From the NCBI RefSeq assembly GCF_006345805.1, contig NC_043012.1, forward strand, positions 58,962,001 to 59,026,000: a stretch of 64,000 nucleotides of DNA. Reading direction: 5' to 3'. Position 1 is the first letter of the stretch. The number at the start of each line of letters is the position of its first letter. Under the pieces are notes generated by a model. It was not told the DNA's origin. It saw only the letters and a program-made list of their open reading frames with translations, and ran no database searches. Positions 52,151 through 64,000 of this stretch are shown piece after piece. This DNA comes from Octopus sinensis. Lineage: Eukaryota. The translations under genes were made by a program, and so were the position numbers.

Positions 52151-52177
52151 TAAATAATATATATATATATATATATA

Positions 52178-52280
52178 CCATATAAAGTAATGTTTTAAAT
52201 ATACCGTAAATGGTCTTTTTATATACTGAACACTGGTTGGTAAAATTATTAATTACTAATTAATTAATTTTACCCTTATT
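52178..52280 (+). mobile_element. Diverged fragment of the 544-bp unit, between (TA)n tracts
   Basis: taaagtaatgttttaaat...taaatggtctttttatatactgaa...aattaattttaccct resembles ~17485-17582. Confidence 0.6.
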
Positions 52281-52303
52281 ACATATATATATATATATAT
52301 ATA

Positions 52304-52349
<46 letters not shown>

Positions 52350-52408
52350 CACACACACCACACACAGAGAGAAATAATCAATATGTCATTTATTGACAGA
52401 CAAATAGT

Positions 52409-52461
<53 letters not shown>

Positions 52462-53462
52462 GTGGAGTGTTGCCGAACGGTGACGAAGCTTCGTTCCCAA
52501 CCACGTGGTCTCGGTGTCGATTACCACACGTGGCAAATATACACACGTGAGTGAAAATGGGTTGGCGGAAACTGTAATGAAGCCCACCGTATGCATTGTA
52601 ACTGTATATCAAAATTTGACAAGCTTGTTACAGTTACAATGCCACGCTGATTGCAATTGAGAACTACGTTGAGGCTAGATGTGGTTGTGGCATATTTAGG
52701 CACTTGCACCTTAACTCAGGGGCTATTTCCAACTGGTCCTTTAACCACATGGATAGTGGCTCGTGCATGCGAGTTGAGAGTAACTATGGGGATTCAACAT
52801 AAAAGTGTCACATTATTTAGTCACATCTCTGTATTTCTGAGTTCAAAACTGACGCTAGCAGAATCTAATTTGCCCTTCCTACACCCCATCACCGTGTTGA
52901 TCAAATACCTATCAGTTATACATCATAGTCGAATTAATCAACCGTGATCCCTCAAACTTAAAAATGACCTTTAGCCTTTTATCTTTGACCCTTCTTCTGC
53001 AGGAAAATCAATATTAGACGTAACATATTTCAATAAACTGACACAGAGGAAAGGAAAGGATTCTTTAGATCGATTATCAGTTGAGAAAGAGGGACATTAA
53101 AGTAAAGGCTCCCTTTGATGAAAGGATCAGGATTCTGTCAGCAGCAGATGTTATTAACACAAGATGGAGTGATATATCTTAGGGTTGAGCAAGTTTAAAT
53201 GTCTAAAATATGTCTGAGATGAGTCGTAGTTATTAATTAAGTTCATAATTGTTCGGTCAATTAACTGCCATCTTTACCGATGAAGCATTTTAAAAATATT
53301 TATATTTATTCAACGTATTGATCGCCTTGATCTGCGATGGTCATCACGGATATTAATTCATGGAATATGGACACTTGTACAGGATAGGATTCGAACTAAG
53401 GAATTCTGTTTCTAAACTAAGAGTGATAATGCATCACTGCTCACATGGAAAAGAGTTTAAAC

Positions 53463-53863
53463 AGGCGTAGGAGCGGCTGTGTAGTAAGTAGCCTGCTTAC
53501 AAACCACATACTTCCGAGTTCAGTCCCACTGCGTGGCAATTTGGGCGAGAGTCTTGTACTATAGCCTCGGGTCAACTAAAGCCTTGTGAGTGGATTTGGT
53601 AGACGGAAACTGAAAGAAGCCCATCGTATATATGTATATATGTATCTGTGTGTATAAGTTTGTGTGTCTGTGTTTGTCACCCCAACATCGTTTGATAACC
53701 GATGCTGATGTGTTTACGTCCCCGTAACGTAGCGGTTCGGCAAAAGAGTCGATAGAATAAGTACTAAGCTTACAAAGAATAAGTCCTGGCGTCGATTTAC
53801 TCGACTAAAGGTGGTGTTCCAGTACGGTCGCAGTCAAATGACTGAAACAAGTAAAAGAGTAAA
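53463..53863 (+). mobile_element. SINE family B, full length
   Basis: A-box-like ggctgtgtagtaag, B box gagttcagtccc, internal TA/TG tract, tail actgaaacaagtaaaagagtaaaa. Confidence 0.88.
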
Positions 53864-53914
53864 ATAATAACGTGTTATTTCCATGTTTGAAGTTAATATT
53901 CCGAAAGTACAAGA

Positions 53915-55335
53915 TTGGTTTCAAATGTTGGCACCAGACCAGCAGATTCAGGAGACGAGTAATTCGATAACTTTTACCCCAGTGTTCAACTGGTACTTAT
54001 TTAAATCGACTCCGAATGGTTGAAAAGCAAAGACGACTACGGCGAAATTTGAACTCAGAACCCGAAGATGGACGAAATGCTGCTATACATTTTTCCCGGC
54101 GTGCAAACGATTCTGCTAACTCGCCTCCATAGTCCGAAAGTATAATATTGGTTCCACATTTTGGCGCAAAGTCAGCCATTTGGGTGTAGATGTTAAATCA
54201 ACTTCATCGACCTCAGTGCTCAACTAGTACTTATTTTATCAACCCCTAAAGGTTAAAAGGTAAAGTCTTTATGAACTCATAAAGTGAAGACGGATGAAAT
54301 GCCGATAAATCTTTTTACCGGCGTGCAAGTAATTCTGCCAGCTCGCCGCCACAGTCCAAAAATATATTAAATTCTGACCTAGACACAAGAACAACAACTA
54401 AAAGAATTATGTCGGCGAGCTGGAAGAACCGTTAGCACGCAGGGCGAAATGCTTAGAGGTATTTCGTCTACCCTTACGATGTAATCGACTTAATCCCCCT
54501 GTCTCTCCTTGTTTGTCTCCTCTATGTTTAGCCCCTTGTGGATAATAAAGAAACAGGTATTTCGACTGTCTTTACGTTCTGAGTTCAAATTCCACCGAGG
54601 TCAACTTTGCCTTTCATTCTTTCGGGGTCGATAAATTAAGTACCAGTTACCACTGGGATCGATGTAATCGACTTAATCCCTTTGTCTGTTCTTGTTTGTC
54701 CCTTCTATGTTTAGCCCCTTGTGGGCAATAAATAAATAACAACTAAAAGAATCAACTAAACCCCAAAGAGAAGAGGACTATTTGATTCTACTGAAGCGAG
54801 TACCCGTTTCAAACATTATTTATTGAACCCGAAAGAACGAAAGGAAAAGTGAACTTCAACTGGATTTGAACGTAGTGAGTCGTTATCTGAGATTATATTT
54901 TTCTATAGGCATACAACCTGAAGTTTTGGAGGATGAGTCTAGTCGCTGATATTGACCCCAGTGCGCAACTGGTACTTATTTTATCGTATCCGAAAGAATA
55001 AGAGGCAAGTATGATCTCGGCAGAATTTGGACACAGAACGTAAAGAGCCGAAAGAAATGCTTCCAAATCTTTTAACCGGTGCGGTAGCGATTCTGCCAGA
55101 TCGCCGCATCATTCGAAATTACAACCGTTTCAAATTTTGGCACAAGGCCAGCAATTTTGTGGGAGGGGGTTAGTCAATTACATCGACCTCCAAGTGTCCA
55201 ACCGGTAATTATTTTACCGACCCAGGAAGATAAGAGACACATTCAATCTCGGTGAAAATGAACTCAGAACGCATGGAACTGGAAAAAGTACCGTCAAGCC
55301 TTTTTTAGGGGTACAGTATCAGTTCCGCCAGTTCG
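53915..55335. mobile_element. Cluster of five SINE family A insertions (four minus, one plus dimer at 54408-54737 with 15-bp TSD)
   Basis: Repeated ggcacaaggccagcaat / gaaaggcaaagtcgac / gccagctcgccgc blocks; TSD aacaactaaaagaat at 54393-54407 and 54738-54752. Confidence 0.8.
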
Positions 55336-56326
55336 CTGCCTTATCCAAAATTATAATATTGATAGGTATCATTGTCATGATGTAGTGTTATTGCTACTTC
55401 CTGTGATGTTTGCTCCCAAATGAGCGCTGATTGAAAAGACGTATGATTAAAGTTATCTACGTAATAGCCATCCTGTCATTTATTTTTCAGATACAGATTT
55501 CATAGGGTTACATTATCTCCTTCCAAATACTCCAGTAATGACCACCCTGCCATTTATTTTTCATATTTAGCTTACACTGCATTCCATTTAATTCCCTCAA
55601 ATTAATCCATATTATTCAGATCATAACGAGTGCATCGATGAAGGTTCGGTTGCTGTCTGATAGTTCACTTGAACTAGCGCCTCGAATCCCACACTGAGTC
55701 GTGTTGTTTCAATATAATCAGCTATCATGTCTGCAGTCAATGGTTATTGATTACACCCTTTAGACAGGTGAATCAATTTTTATTTTGCATCCTTCAGGCG
55801 TCGCTGAAATAAAACCAGTTAAATATTTTATGGCTGGGCGTAGGAAGCTTCAGTATATAGAGAAGAGTTTGTGAAGTGGTACTTCATGTAAAATATCTAT
55901 ATACTAGAAGAGAAAAGCCAACAAGAAGTCACCTCGTTTGACTCGAAATAAGAGTCCCTTTATTATTGCCTCAAAATCTTCTTTAATAAATGCTTACTTA
56001 GAAACGATATATCGAAAAGCATTTTGACTTTCTAACAGAAACGAAACTGCAGCAGATTCGGGATCGGATATGAGATAAAGTAACGGAATAGAAATAGCAG
56101 ACAAACGTCCGTCAAATATTTTCTTACCATCGTAAGGAAGAGGAAAATTATGTTGGAGAATGTAGCCATAGTTATACAGAAAAGATGGGATGCTTAAAGA
56201 TGGAAGCTCAGACTTGACATAGAGCGGAAGTAACTACGACAATAACAAAAACAAGAATTTAGACCACTGCACCCACTCACAGCACCCCCCACTCACACAC
56301 AATTGTGTATATATGCACACATTTAC

Positions 56327-56357
<31 letters not shown>

Positions 56358-56470
56358 CCTACACGTACATATACGTGCGTATAATTGGGTGGTATATATC
56401 TATATATATATAAGTAGATATATCCATACATATATGCATACGTATATAGATTCCACACCACACACACACA

Positions 56471-56501
<31 letters not shown>

Positions 56502-56564
56502 CACACACCACACACACATATATATAATATATAATATATATATATATATATTATTTTACATTTT

Positions 56565-56805
56565 ACCCTTTTCCATTTTTACTTGTTTAAGTCGTTTGAC
56601 TGCAGCCATGCTGGAGCACTGGCTTTAGAAGAACAAGTCGACCTCAGTGGTAATTATTTGTAAGCCTGGTACGCATTCTATCGGTATCTCTTGCCGAGGC
56701 TATAGTAGAAGACATATCCCACCAACATGCTCCGCAATGTGACAGAACTCTGAAACCATTTGCTGGGGAAGCAGGCTTCTTACGACACAGCCATGCCTGC
56801 GCCTA
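56565..56805 (-). mobile_element. SINE family B, internally deleted
   Basis: ttttacttgtt...cagccatgctggagcac tail and ctatagtagaagac...cagccatgcctgcgcct head. Confidence 0.7.
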
Positions 56806-56914
56806 TATATGTGTGTATGAGTGTGTGTGCATGAGTATATATATACATCTGCACAAAAATACGTATATATGTATATATATATATATATTATATATATATA
56901 TATATATACGATAT

Positions 56915-56947
<33 letters not shown>

Positions 56948-56989
56948 GTTGTATATATATATGTGTGTGTGTATATATATATACATTAT

Positions 56990-57087
<98 letters not shown>

Positions 57088-57487
57088 TTGTGTAATATAT
57101 ATATATAACATGCGTGCATTTGTAAATGCATACATACATATATAAAAGCATATATACTTACATTCATAATAACAATATCTTAAGATTTTATCTAGCTCGT
57201 CCTCACCTTATCGCTATCAGTTACGTCACAGACGGGTAGATGACTCTTTATTTTACACCGGAAACACAACACTTCATACAGACGCCATCTATATCATGAT
57301 AAACCTATCAGCTTCATACAATTTACTCGTTAGAGAGTCTAGTCGGTAAATATGTACAGTATATAAAGCCACTCAATTTTATATTCCGAGTTCACTTAAG
57401 CAAAACATGTTCGCATGAACGTAGACAGCAATAGCGCTTCATATTTCGTATGTTGGTAATTAGAAAATGATCCGCTAGCTGCATTCA

Positions 57488-57525
<38 letters not shown>

Positions 57526-57558
57526 TATATAGATATATATATATATATATTAGCGTGT

Positions 57559-57591
<33 letters not shown>

Positions 57592-57972
57592 ACACACACA
57601 CACACGTATATAATCATACTCATTTATATATTTGTGTGTGTGAATACTCATATAAAAACGCGGAGAAAAATATATGTATATATGCATGTATATTTGTGCA
57701 AGAATGCATATGCATCTATACATAATAAATAATATTCTTACTACTACTACTACTACTAGTAGTAGTAGTACTACTACTACTAATACTACTACTACTACTA
57801 CCACTGTAATCATTGTTATGCGTAATTATCTTCACATTATATACGTATACCTATCTTTCAATCTAGCTACATCGCTCATCCTTCCTGCCTTATATATATA
57901 TATGCATATATATATACACATAGATATATGTACATATATATATATGTATATATATATATACATATGCGCATT

Positions 57973-58011
<39 letters not shown>

Positions 58012-58081
58012 GCATATATATATATATATCTGTATGTGCCTGTGTTGTGTGAATCTATATATGTATGTATATATCTTTGTA

Positions 58082-58127
<46 letters not shown>

Positions 58128-58554
58128 ACATGATATATATATATATATATACATACATGTGTGATGGAGTGAAAACATTACACATGCATATGCACACACA
58201 AATACACGTACACACACACACATACAAGCATATTTTGAGAGTAAGGAAGCAAAGTGATGTACAGAGATATATAGATAGATAGACGAATAGATAATCAGAC
58301 ATGCATATATTGAAATACAAATCTGAATATGCACATTTGGGATATGTGTGTAAATATTTCCTCACACGTGCGAGCATGCGTGTATATAAACAGCAATGAT
58401 ATTTAATGCATACAGATAAAAAAAAATATTTTGTACAAGGAATTTGGAATTGGTTTTTACATGACTTCAAAGACAGCTAACACGAAAGTATTCTTTTTCT
58501 GTTTTTTTTTTTTTTTTTGGTTTTTTGGGGTTTTTGTTTTGCTTTCTCTCTGCT

Positions 58555-58672
58555 TTTGCATCTTCTTCGTCGTCTTCTCCTCCTCCTTCTTCTTCTTCTT
58601 CTTCTTCTTCTTCTTCTTCTTCTTCTTCTTCTTCTTCTTCTTCTTCTTCTTCTTCTTCTTCTTCTTCTTCTG
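58555..58672. repeat. (TCT)n trinucleotide repeat
   Basis: Direct reading. Confidence 0.95.
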
Positions 58673-59319
58673 CTTCCCCTCGTTCTCTTTCTTCCCTCTT
58701 CGTCTTCTTCCTGCGAAGAGAAACTATGTGTTTTAATAGTTGAACCATTCTACGGGAAGGGAATGAATCTGGCAGATGTAATTGTCACTTGCCTAGTTAA
58801 GGTATGTTGGTACATCTGCTAGTCGCAAGAATATTTTTGATTCATTCTTTTCAAACTATATATTTTTTGTTTTCTGTTTTCTTCTTTTTTTTTTGTCTTT
58901 TCCTACGAATTCAGAAAGAATGTAGATATGAGTAATGGCGGAAGATAGATGGGGGGTGGCGGGGGTGGAGGGGAATTTCAAACTGTTTGGCGTGAAGTAA
59001 ATTAGATATGATTGGAAACTCATAGGCCTCGATCAGAAATTCCTTCATTTTTCTTCATCTGGTTAGTGACCCAATCATAACATCTTTGTATGTGAGTCGC
59101 ATATTTCGTTGGAAAAAGTACAAAATTATTTAGAGTACGATTAATTTCATATATCTGAAAGACACAAGCAAAAATATCAAACAAACAAGAGAAGGAACTT
59201 CGATGTAGAGGTTTGATTTGCTAGAAATAACAGATTGATCTACCTCAAATTACGTTCTGTTGCCTTGTGAAAAAAAGGGACCAAAAATGATCCAACTCGG
59301 AGTATCTACGTAGTTATGT

Positions 59320-59615
59320 TTTCTTTTACTCTTTTACTTGCTTTAGTCACCGATATTGCAGCCATACTGGAGCACCGTCTTTTACATGTTTTAGTCACGC
59401 AAATCGACGCCACGCCGGGCGAAGTGCTTCGCGGTATTTCGTCCTTTGCTACGTTCTGAGTTCAAATTCCGCCAAGGTCGACTTTGCCTTTCATCCTTTC
59501 GGGGTCATTAAATTAAGTACCAGTTACGCACAGGGGTCGACATAATCGACTTAATCCGTTTGTCTGTCCTTGTTTGTCCTTTCTGTGTTTAGCCCCTTTG
59601 AGCAGTAAAGAAACA
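59320..59615. mobile_element. SINE family B tail (-) fused to a SINE family A body (+)
   Basis: cttttactcttttacttg...ggagcaccg then gccgggcgaagtgcttcgcggtatttcgtc...cagtaaagaaac. Confidence 0.75.
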
Positions 59616-60332
59616 AAATATTTGTTTATAGGCCCGGTATTTATCTATCAATCTCTTTTTTGCCGCAGTGCTATGTTTCTGGGATGTAAACGAAACAACA
59701 CCGATTGTCATACGGTGATGAAAGAACAAACATAATCACAAAGACACACACAGCAGCAACAACAATTATAGTTGCTCATGACTGCAAGTCTTCTTATGCA
59801 TTAAGTAGTCTTGCCTCGTTGATAAACATCAATATTTATCATCAATAAACAGTATATAGAATCCATGGACATGAATGCTTCAATTTCCAGCAGAGAATGA
59901 AACATTTTTGAGATCGCTCGACACACTGGAAATAGCAGTGATATCCAATTTCAAATGTTTGCAATAATTTCAAGTAATTTCAAATAATTTGCTGAATTTG
60001 ATAAATCATAGTTCCTGCCCTTGCGAGACACATCGATCTGCTTGCGTATCTTTGACAAAAGAGACACGCAACAAGGTCAAATCTCCGAAGTTTCTCTCAT
60101 TCACTTCAGATCGCTGTAATGGTGAATTGTATATCTTATCAACACAAATTTTCTAAAATTAGAAGTTGCTTTCCGCTGGTGAAAAAACAAGAATGATCAG
60201 ATATTCAAGCTCGAATATTCCAGGACGTATTAATTATGAATAGATACGTCAATGCAGATACATACATATATACATACATACATACATACATACATACATA
60301 CATACATACATACATACATACATACATACATA

Positions 60333-60516
60333 GGGAGAGTTTACGAAAAAAAACAACAAAAGACGAAGACAGGTGGTGTACAAAGCAAACAGATGTATTA
60401 GTATAACGCTCAGGAATTGAAAAATCTTTTACGTTTCGAGCCTACGCTCTTCTACAGAAAGGGACACAGAAAACAAGGAGAGAAAAAAATGTGTGTAGTC
60501 TCTAACGATCTATCAT
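60333..60516 (-). mobile_element. Family H2 repeat with best-preserved hammerhead-like fold
   Basis: Minus strand: cttt-CTGTAGA-a-GAGC gtag GCTC-GAAA-CGT-A-aaag (60424-60462). Confidence 0.72.
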
Positions 60517-60632
60517 GGCGTCTATATATATGTATGTATGTATATATATTTATATATAATATATATATATATATATATATGTGTGGTGTGGTGTGTATAT
60601 ATATATATATATATGTATGTAGATATATATAT

Positions 60633-60696
<64 letters not shown>

Positions 60697-60715
60697 ATAT
60701 AACAGGTTTTGGTTG

Positions 60716-60815
60716 NNNNNNNNNNNNNNNNNNNNNNNNNNNNNNNNNNNNNNNNNNNNNNNNNNNNNNNNNNNNNNNNNNNNNNNNNNNNNNNNNNNNN
60801 NNNNNNNNNNNNNNN
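60716..60815. other. Assembly gap (100 N)
   Basis: Run of exactly 100 n, a typical unknown-size scaffold join. Confidence 0.99.
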
Positions 60816-60854
60816 ATTATATATAATATATATTGGTGTTGTGTATAGAATATG

Positions 60855-60990
60855 TACGACTCCTTTCAGTTTCAGTCCACTCATAAGGCTCAAATCAGCC
60901 GAAGCAATAGTAGTAGACATTTGCTCACAAAGTCTCACGCATTGGGGTTGAACCCGGAACCGTATTATTGGGAAGCAACCCACTTACTAT
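60855..60990 (-). mobile_element. SINE family B head fragment
   Basis: ctttcagtttc...cactcataaggc...tagtagacattt...ttgaacccggaacc. Confidence 0.6.
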
Positions 60991-61005
60991 CTTTCTAAAT
61001 ATACA

Positions 61006-61036
<31 letters not shown>

Positions 61037-61039
61037 ATA

Positions 61040-61350
61040 TATACGAGCAAAACGCCCCCCCCCCCGTCCAATGGACGGTGCTGAGTTGTCAAACATTTAA
61101 ACCAAATTCTCTTCAAAACAGCATGTCCGACAGTCCCATAGGCCTCCCCTTTGAGAAACACTGATTTAACCTAAATTTGAGACACCAGCATTCTCACCTG
61201 GAATCGATTTTTTGAATATTTTCAAGACTTATACACGCCCTGATACCGTCGATATCTACACATCAAATTTGAGCGCAATCGGATGGAGGATACCCGAGAT
61301 CCTAGCAGACACACACACAGACAGACATAACGGATTTTATATAATAGATA
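61040..61350 (+). mobile_element. Putative non-autonomous Helitron/Helentron-like relic
   Basis: 5' hairpin ccgtcc-aat-ggacgg (61064-61078); 3' aaatttgagcgcaatcgg...acagacagac...ttttatataatagat resembles Lep1-type ends as I recall them; single copy in the window. Confidence 0.4.
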
Positions 61351-62371
61351 TATGCATGCACACATACATTCATACATGCATGCATATATGCATACATACA
61401 TGTATACATACATGCATACTTGCATGATGAGTTTCCGCGCAGTTTCTGTTTGCCAGAATTCTACATAAAATACTGATAAATGCTCCGCATATGGATTCGA
61501 AAGCGTTAAAGCATGGTTACTAAACATATTTCCTAACCACACACCCAAGCCCGATCCATCAATACACATACACACACTTGAAGCTCCAGTCCACTCCTTC
61601 CCTCTCCTCGCTACCACCACTACGACAATCACCCGTTTCTACAAAAATATCGGTTGTTTGTTGTGTTGCGTGCAGCGAAAACGCGACGAATCATGGGTAA
61701 AAATTATGCATTGCTGTTACATTAGTTGAATAAAGATCCACCAACTAAACAAACTGAAACGCAAAAGTAAATAATTTAAACCACTCCTATATGGAGGCCA
61801 AATAAGTTCGAGGAAATGTCATCATAGGAAATTGCCAAGGAGAGATTAGAATTTATATTGATTCGAATTCAGGAAACGGGGAAAAACTAAAAATAAAAAT
61901 AATAATTTGACCGGTTAGTAAAATGAAAGCTCTTGTTTATTTCTGATTCCAATTTCGCGTTAAATGTGAATTAGATTAGGAAAATAACTTAGATATCTAT
62001 GAATTTTTAATAAGATATTAAATCTTGCAATATCTTTAGGGAATAGAGTTGCAATTTCTTTACAAACATTTCAATCCGTTTAATAAGACGAAACATTACG
62101 TTAGAAAACCGAACGAAAATTTAGCGAGTATTCTTGTTGTTGTTACTGCAGTGGTAGAAGTTGTTGTTGTTGTTTTGCTGTTGTTGTTGTTGTTGCTGTT
62201 GTTGTTGTTGTTGCTGCTGCTGCTGCTGTCGTTGTTGTTGTTGTTCTTGTTTTCGCTACTGTTGTTCTGTAGCCCAAGGCTTTCACTGATCGACTTGACA
62301 TATATGAGCAAACGAGTTCAAGCATCATTGATTATTTTGGAGATATATATGTATATATATATATATGCATA

Positions 62372-62419
<48 letters not shown>

Positions 62420-62846
62420 CATAATTATATATATAATATATATATAATATACACACCACATATATATATATATGTATGTATATATCTAATATATATATAT
62501 ATATGTATGTATGTATATATGTATGTATACACACACACACACCCACACACACACACCACACCATATATATATATATATATCTATAAATATATAATATATA
62601 TATATGTATGTATGTATATTATATAGAGGTTTTCGTCAGGTGACTCAAATTAACATGTATGATCTCTGGGTGCTCAATTTGGCATGCTACTAAAACTCCG
62701 ATTTGAACTGCAATTGAACAGGTGATGTTGAAACTGCCTTCATGAAGGCCCAATTTATACCTATGAGTGTGTATGTATGTGTGTGCATATATGTGTGCGT
62801 GTATGTGTGTGTTTATGAATGCATTTGTGTACATAGGTTTGTATTT

Positions 62847-62895
<49 letters not shown>

Positions 62896-62904
62896 TGTGT
62901 GTGT

Positions 62905-63062
62905 AGGCATGGCTGGGTAGTAAGAAGTTTGTTTCCTGACAACATGGCTCTGGGTTCAGTCCCATTGCATGGTACCTTGGGCAACTGTCTTCTACTATAG
63001 CCCATGGCCGACCAGTGCCTACGGTCTAGATTGATAGACAGTAAGTGAAAGAAGCCGTTATG
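62905..63062 (+). mobile_element. SINE family B head
   Basis: taggcatggctgggtagtaagaag...gggttcagtcccattgc...gaaagaagccgt then (TA)n. Confidence 0.75.
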
Positions 63063-63095
63063 TATATATATATATATATATGTTTAATGTAGGAT

Positions 63096-63994
63096 GGCCA
63101 GCATATTAAAAAATACCTTTAAAGGTTAAATTTATAAACAACTTATAAATATGGGCAAACGAAAAAGTTTCTAATGCCAAATATGCTGAAATTAGACTCA
63201 TTGTCCATAACCATATATTTTTCACAATACGCACGCTGCTCGAAAAAGGTCGACAGAAATTTCTAAAAATTCCATTATTACCATATCGGACCGATTTCAG
63301 CCTTAGTTCATAAGAACCCACCCTTCGTCATTGATAAATGTGGCAAAGAAATAAATCAGATACTTACTCATACCCATAGAAGAAGCAAACACTAAGTCAT
63401 GAGCACAATTAATACCCCAAATACATCTAAAATAGAAATTGTCTAGCCCATTCGAGGCACGTGCGATTTGAACTGAGGCTCTCACAGAGTGAGATAGTTC
63501 GGAAGTGAACACTATTAAATTTATGTTTAATGTAGGATAAAATATTTTCGAAAAGGGTATATATATATATTATATATATATATATATTATATATATATAT
63601 ATATAAGATATATATTTAAATCATAACTTATAAAATAAGGGCAAAAGAAATTCTAATGCCAATATGCCGAAAAATAGACAAAATTGTCAATACCCATTAT
63701 AATTTATGCGTTTCGAAACAAGTGCTTGCTTTTTCCATTAGTATGAGTAATTATTTCATTCATGTCTTACGTATTTATCGCTGAGGAGGAGAAAATTGTT
63801 ATGAATTAACTCTGAAATTGGGACCAATTTTTTAGAAATTTCTTTCGGCTTGTTTCGAGACGCATAACTTATAATGGTTATTGACAATTTTGTCTGTTTT
63901 TCGGCATATTTAGCATTAGAGTTTTTCTTTTGCCCTTATTTTATAAGTTATTTATAAATTTAACGTTTAAAGGTATTTTTTTAATATGCTGGCC
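63096..63994. mobile_element. Fold-back / long-TIR MITE complex
   Basis: Termini ggccagcatattaaaaaatacctttaaa... and ...tttaaaggtattttttaatatgctggcc; inner ~100-bp inverted pair ~63622-63722 / ~63848-63951. Confidence 0.7.
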
Positions 63995-64000
63995 ATTGAT

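Noticed and set aside
55636-55648. gcatcgatgaag, resembling a 5.8S rRNA motif
   Set aside because: Match is only ~12 nt; flanks do not continue as rRNA.

Overview
AT-rich, microsatellite-dense eukaryotic DNA with one 100-N scaffold gap and no recognisable host protein-coding gene. The tRNA-derived SINE families and repeat density suggest an intron or intergenic region of an octopus-like cephalopod genome (inference). Almost all long ORFs in the track are translated microsatellites. Real coding remnants are (i) a 5'-truncated Tx1/L1-clade retrotransposon on the minus strand (~6.24-10.79 kb; APE endonuclease, RT, CCHC finger), broken almost only by frameshifts and flanked on both sides by (ATAG)n, and (ii) an internally deleted DD37D (maT) Tc1/mariner transposase at ~34.2-34.8 kb. 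The rest is several SINE families, MITE/fold-back elements and a Helitron-like relic. Best lead: a ~544-bp unit at 16.6-18.0 kb in tandem plus inverted arrangement, each unit carrying a minimal type I hammerhead-ribozyme fold, so two same-strand ribozymes flank one unit-length monomer (retrozyme/Penelope pLTR-like). A second dispersed ~185-bp family has a hammerhead-like fold with a non-canonical core, and a 155-bp palindrome pivots on a half-hammerhead motif. One SINE family carries a variable number of ~187-bp internal units with an identical junction, inserted as single TSD-flanked events. Many single-base indels suggest noisy long-read consensus, so some inverted structures could be assembly artefacts.
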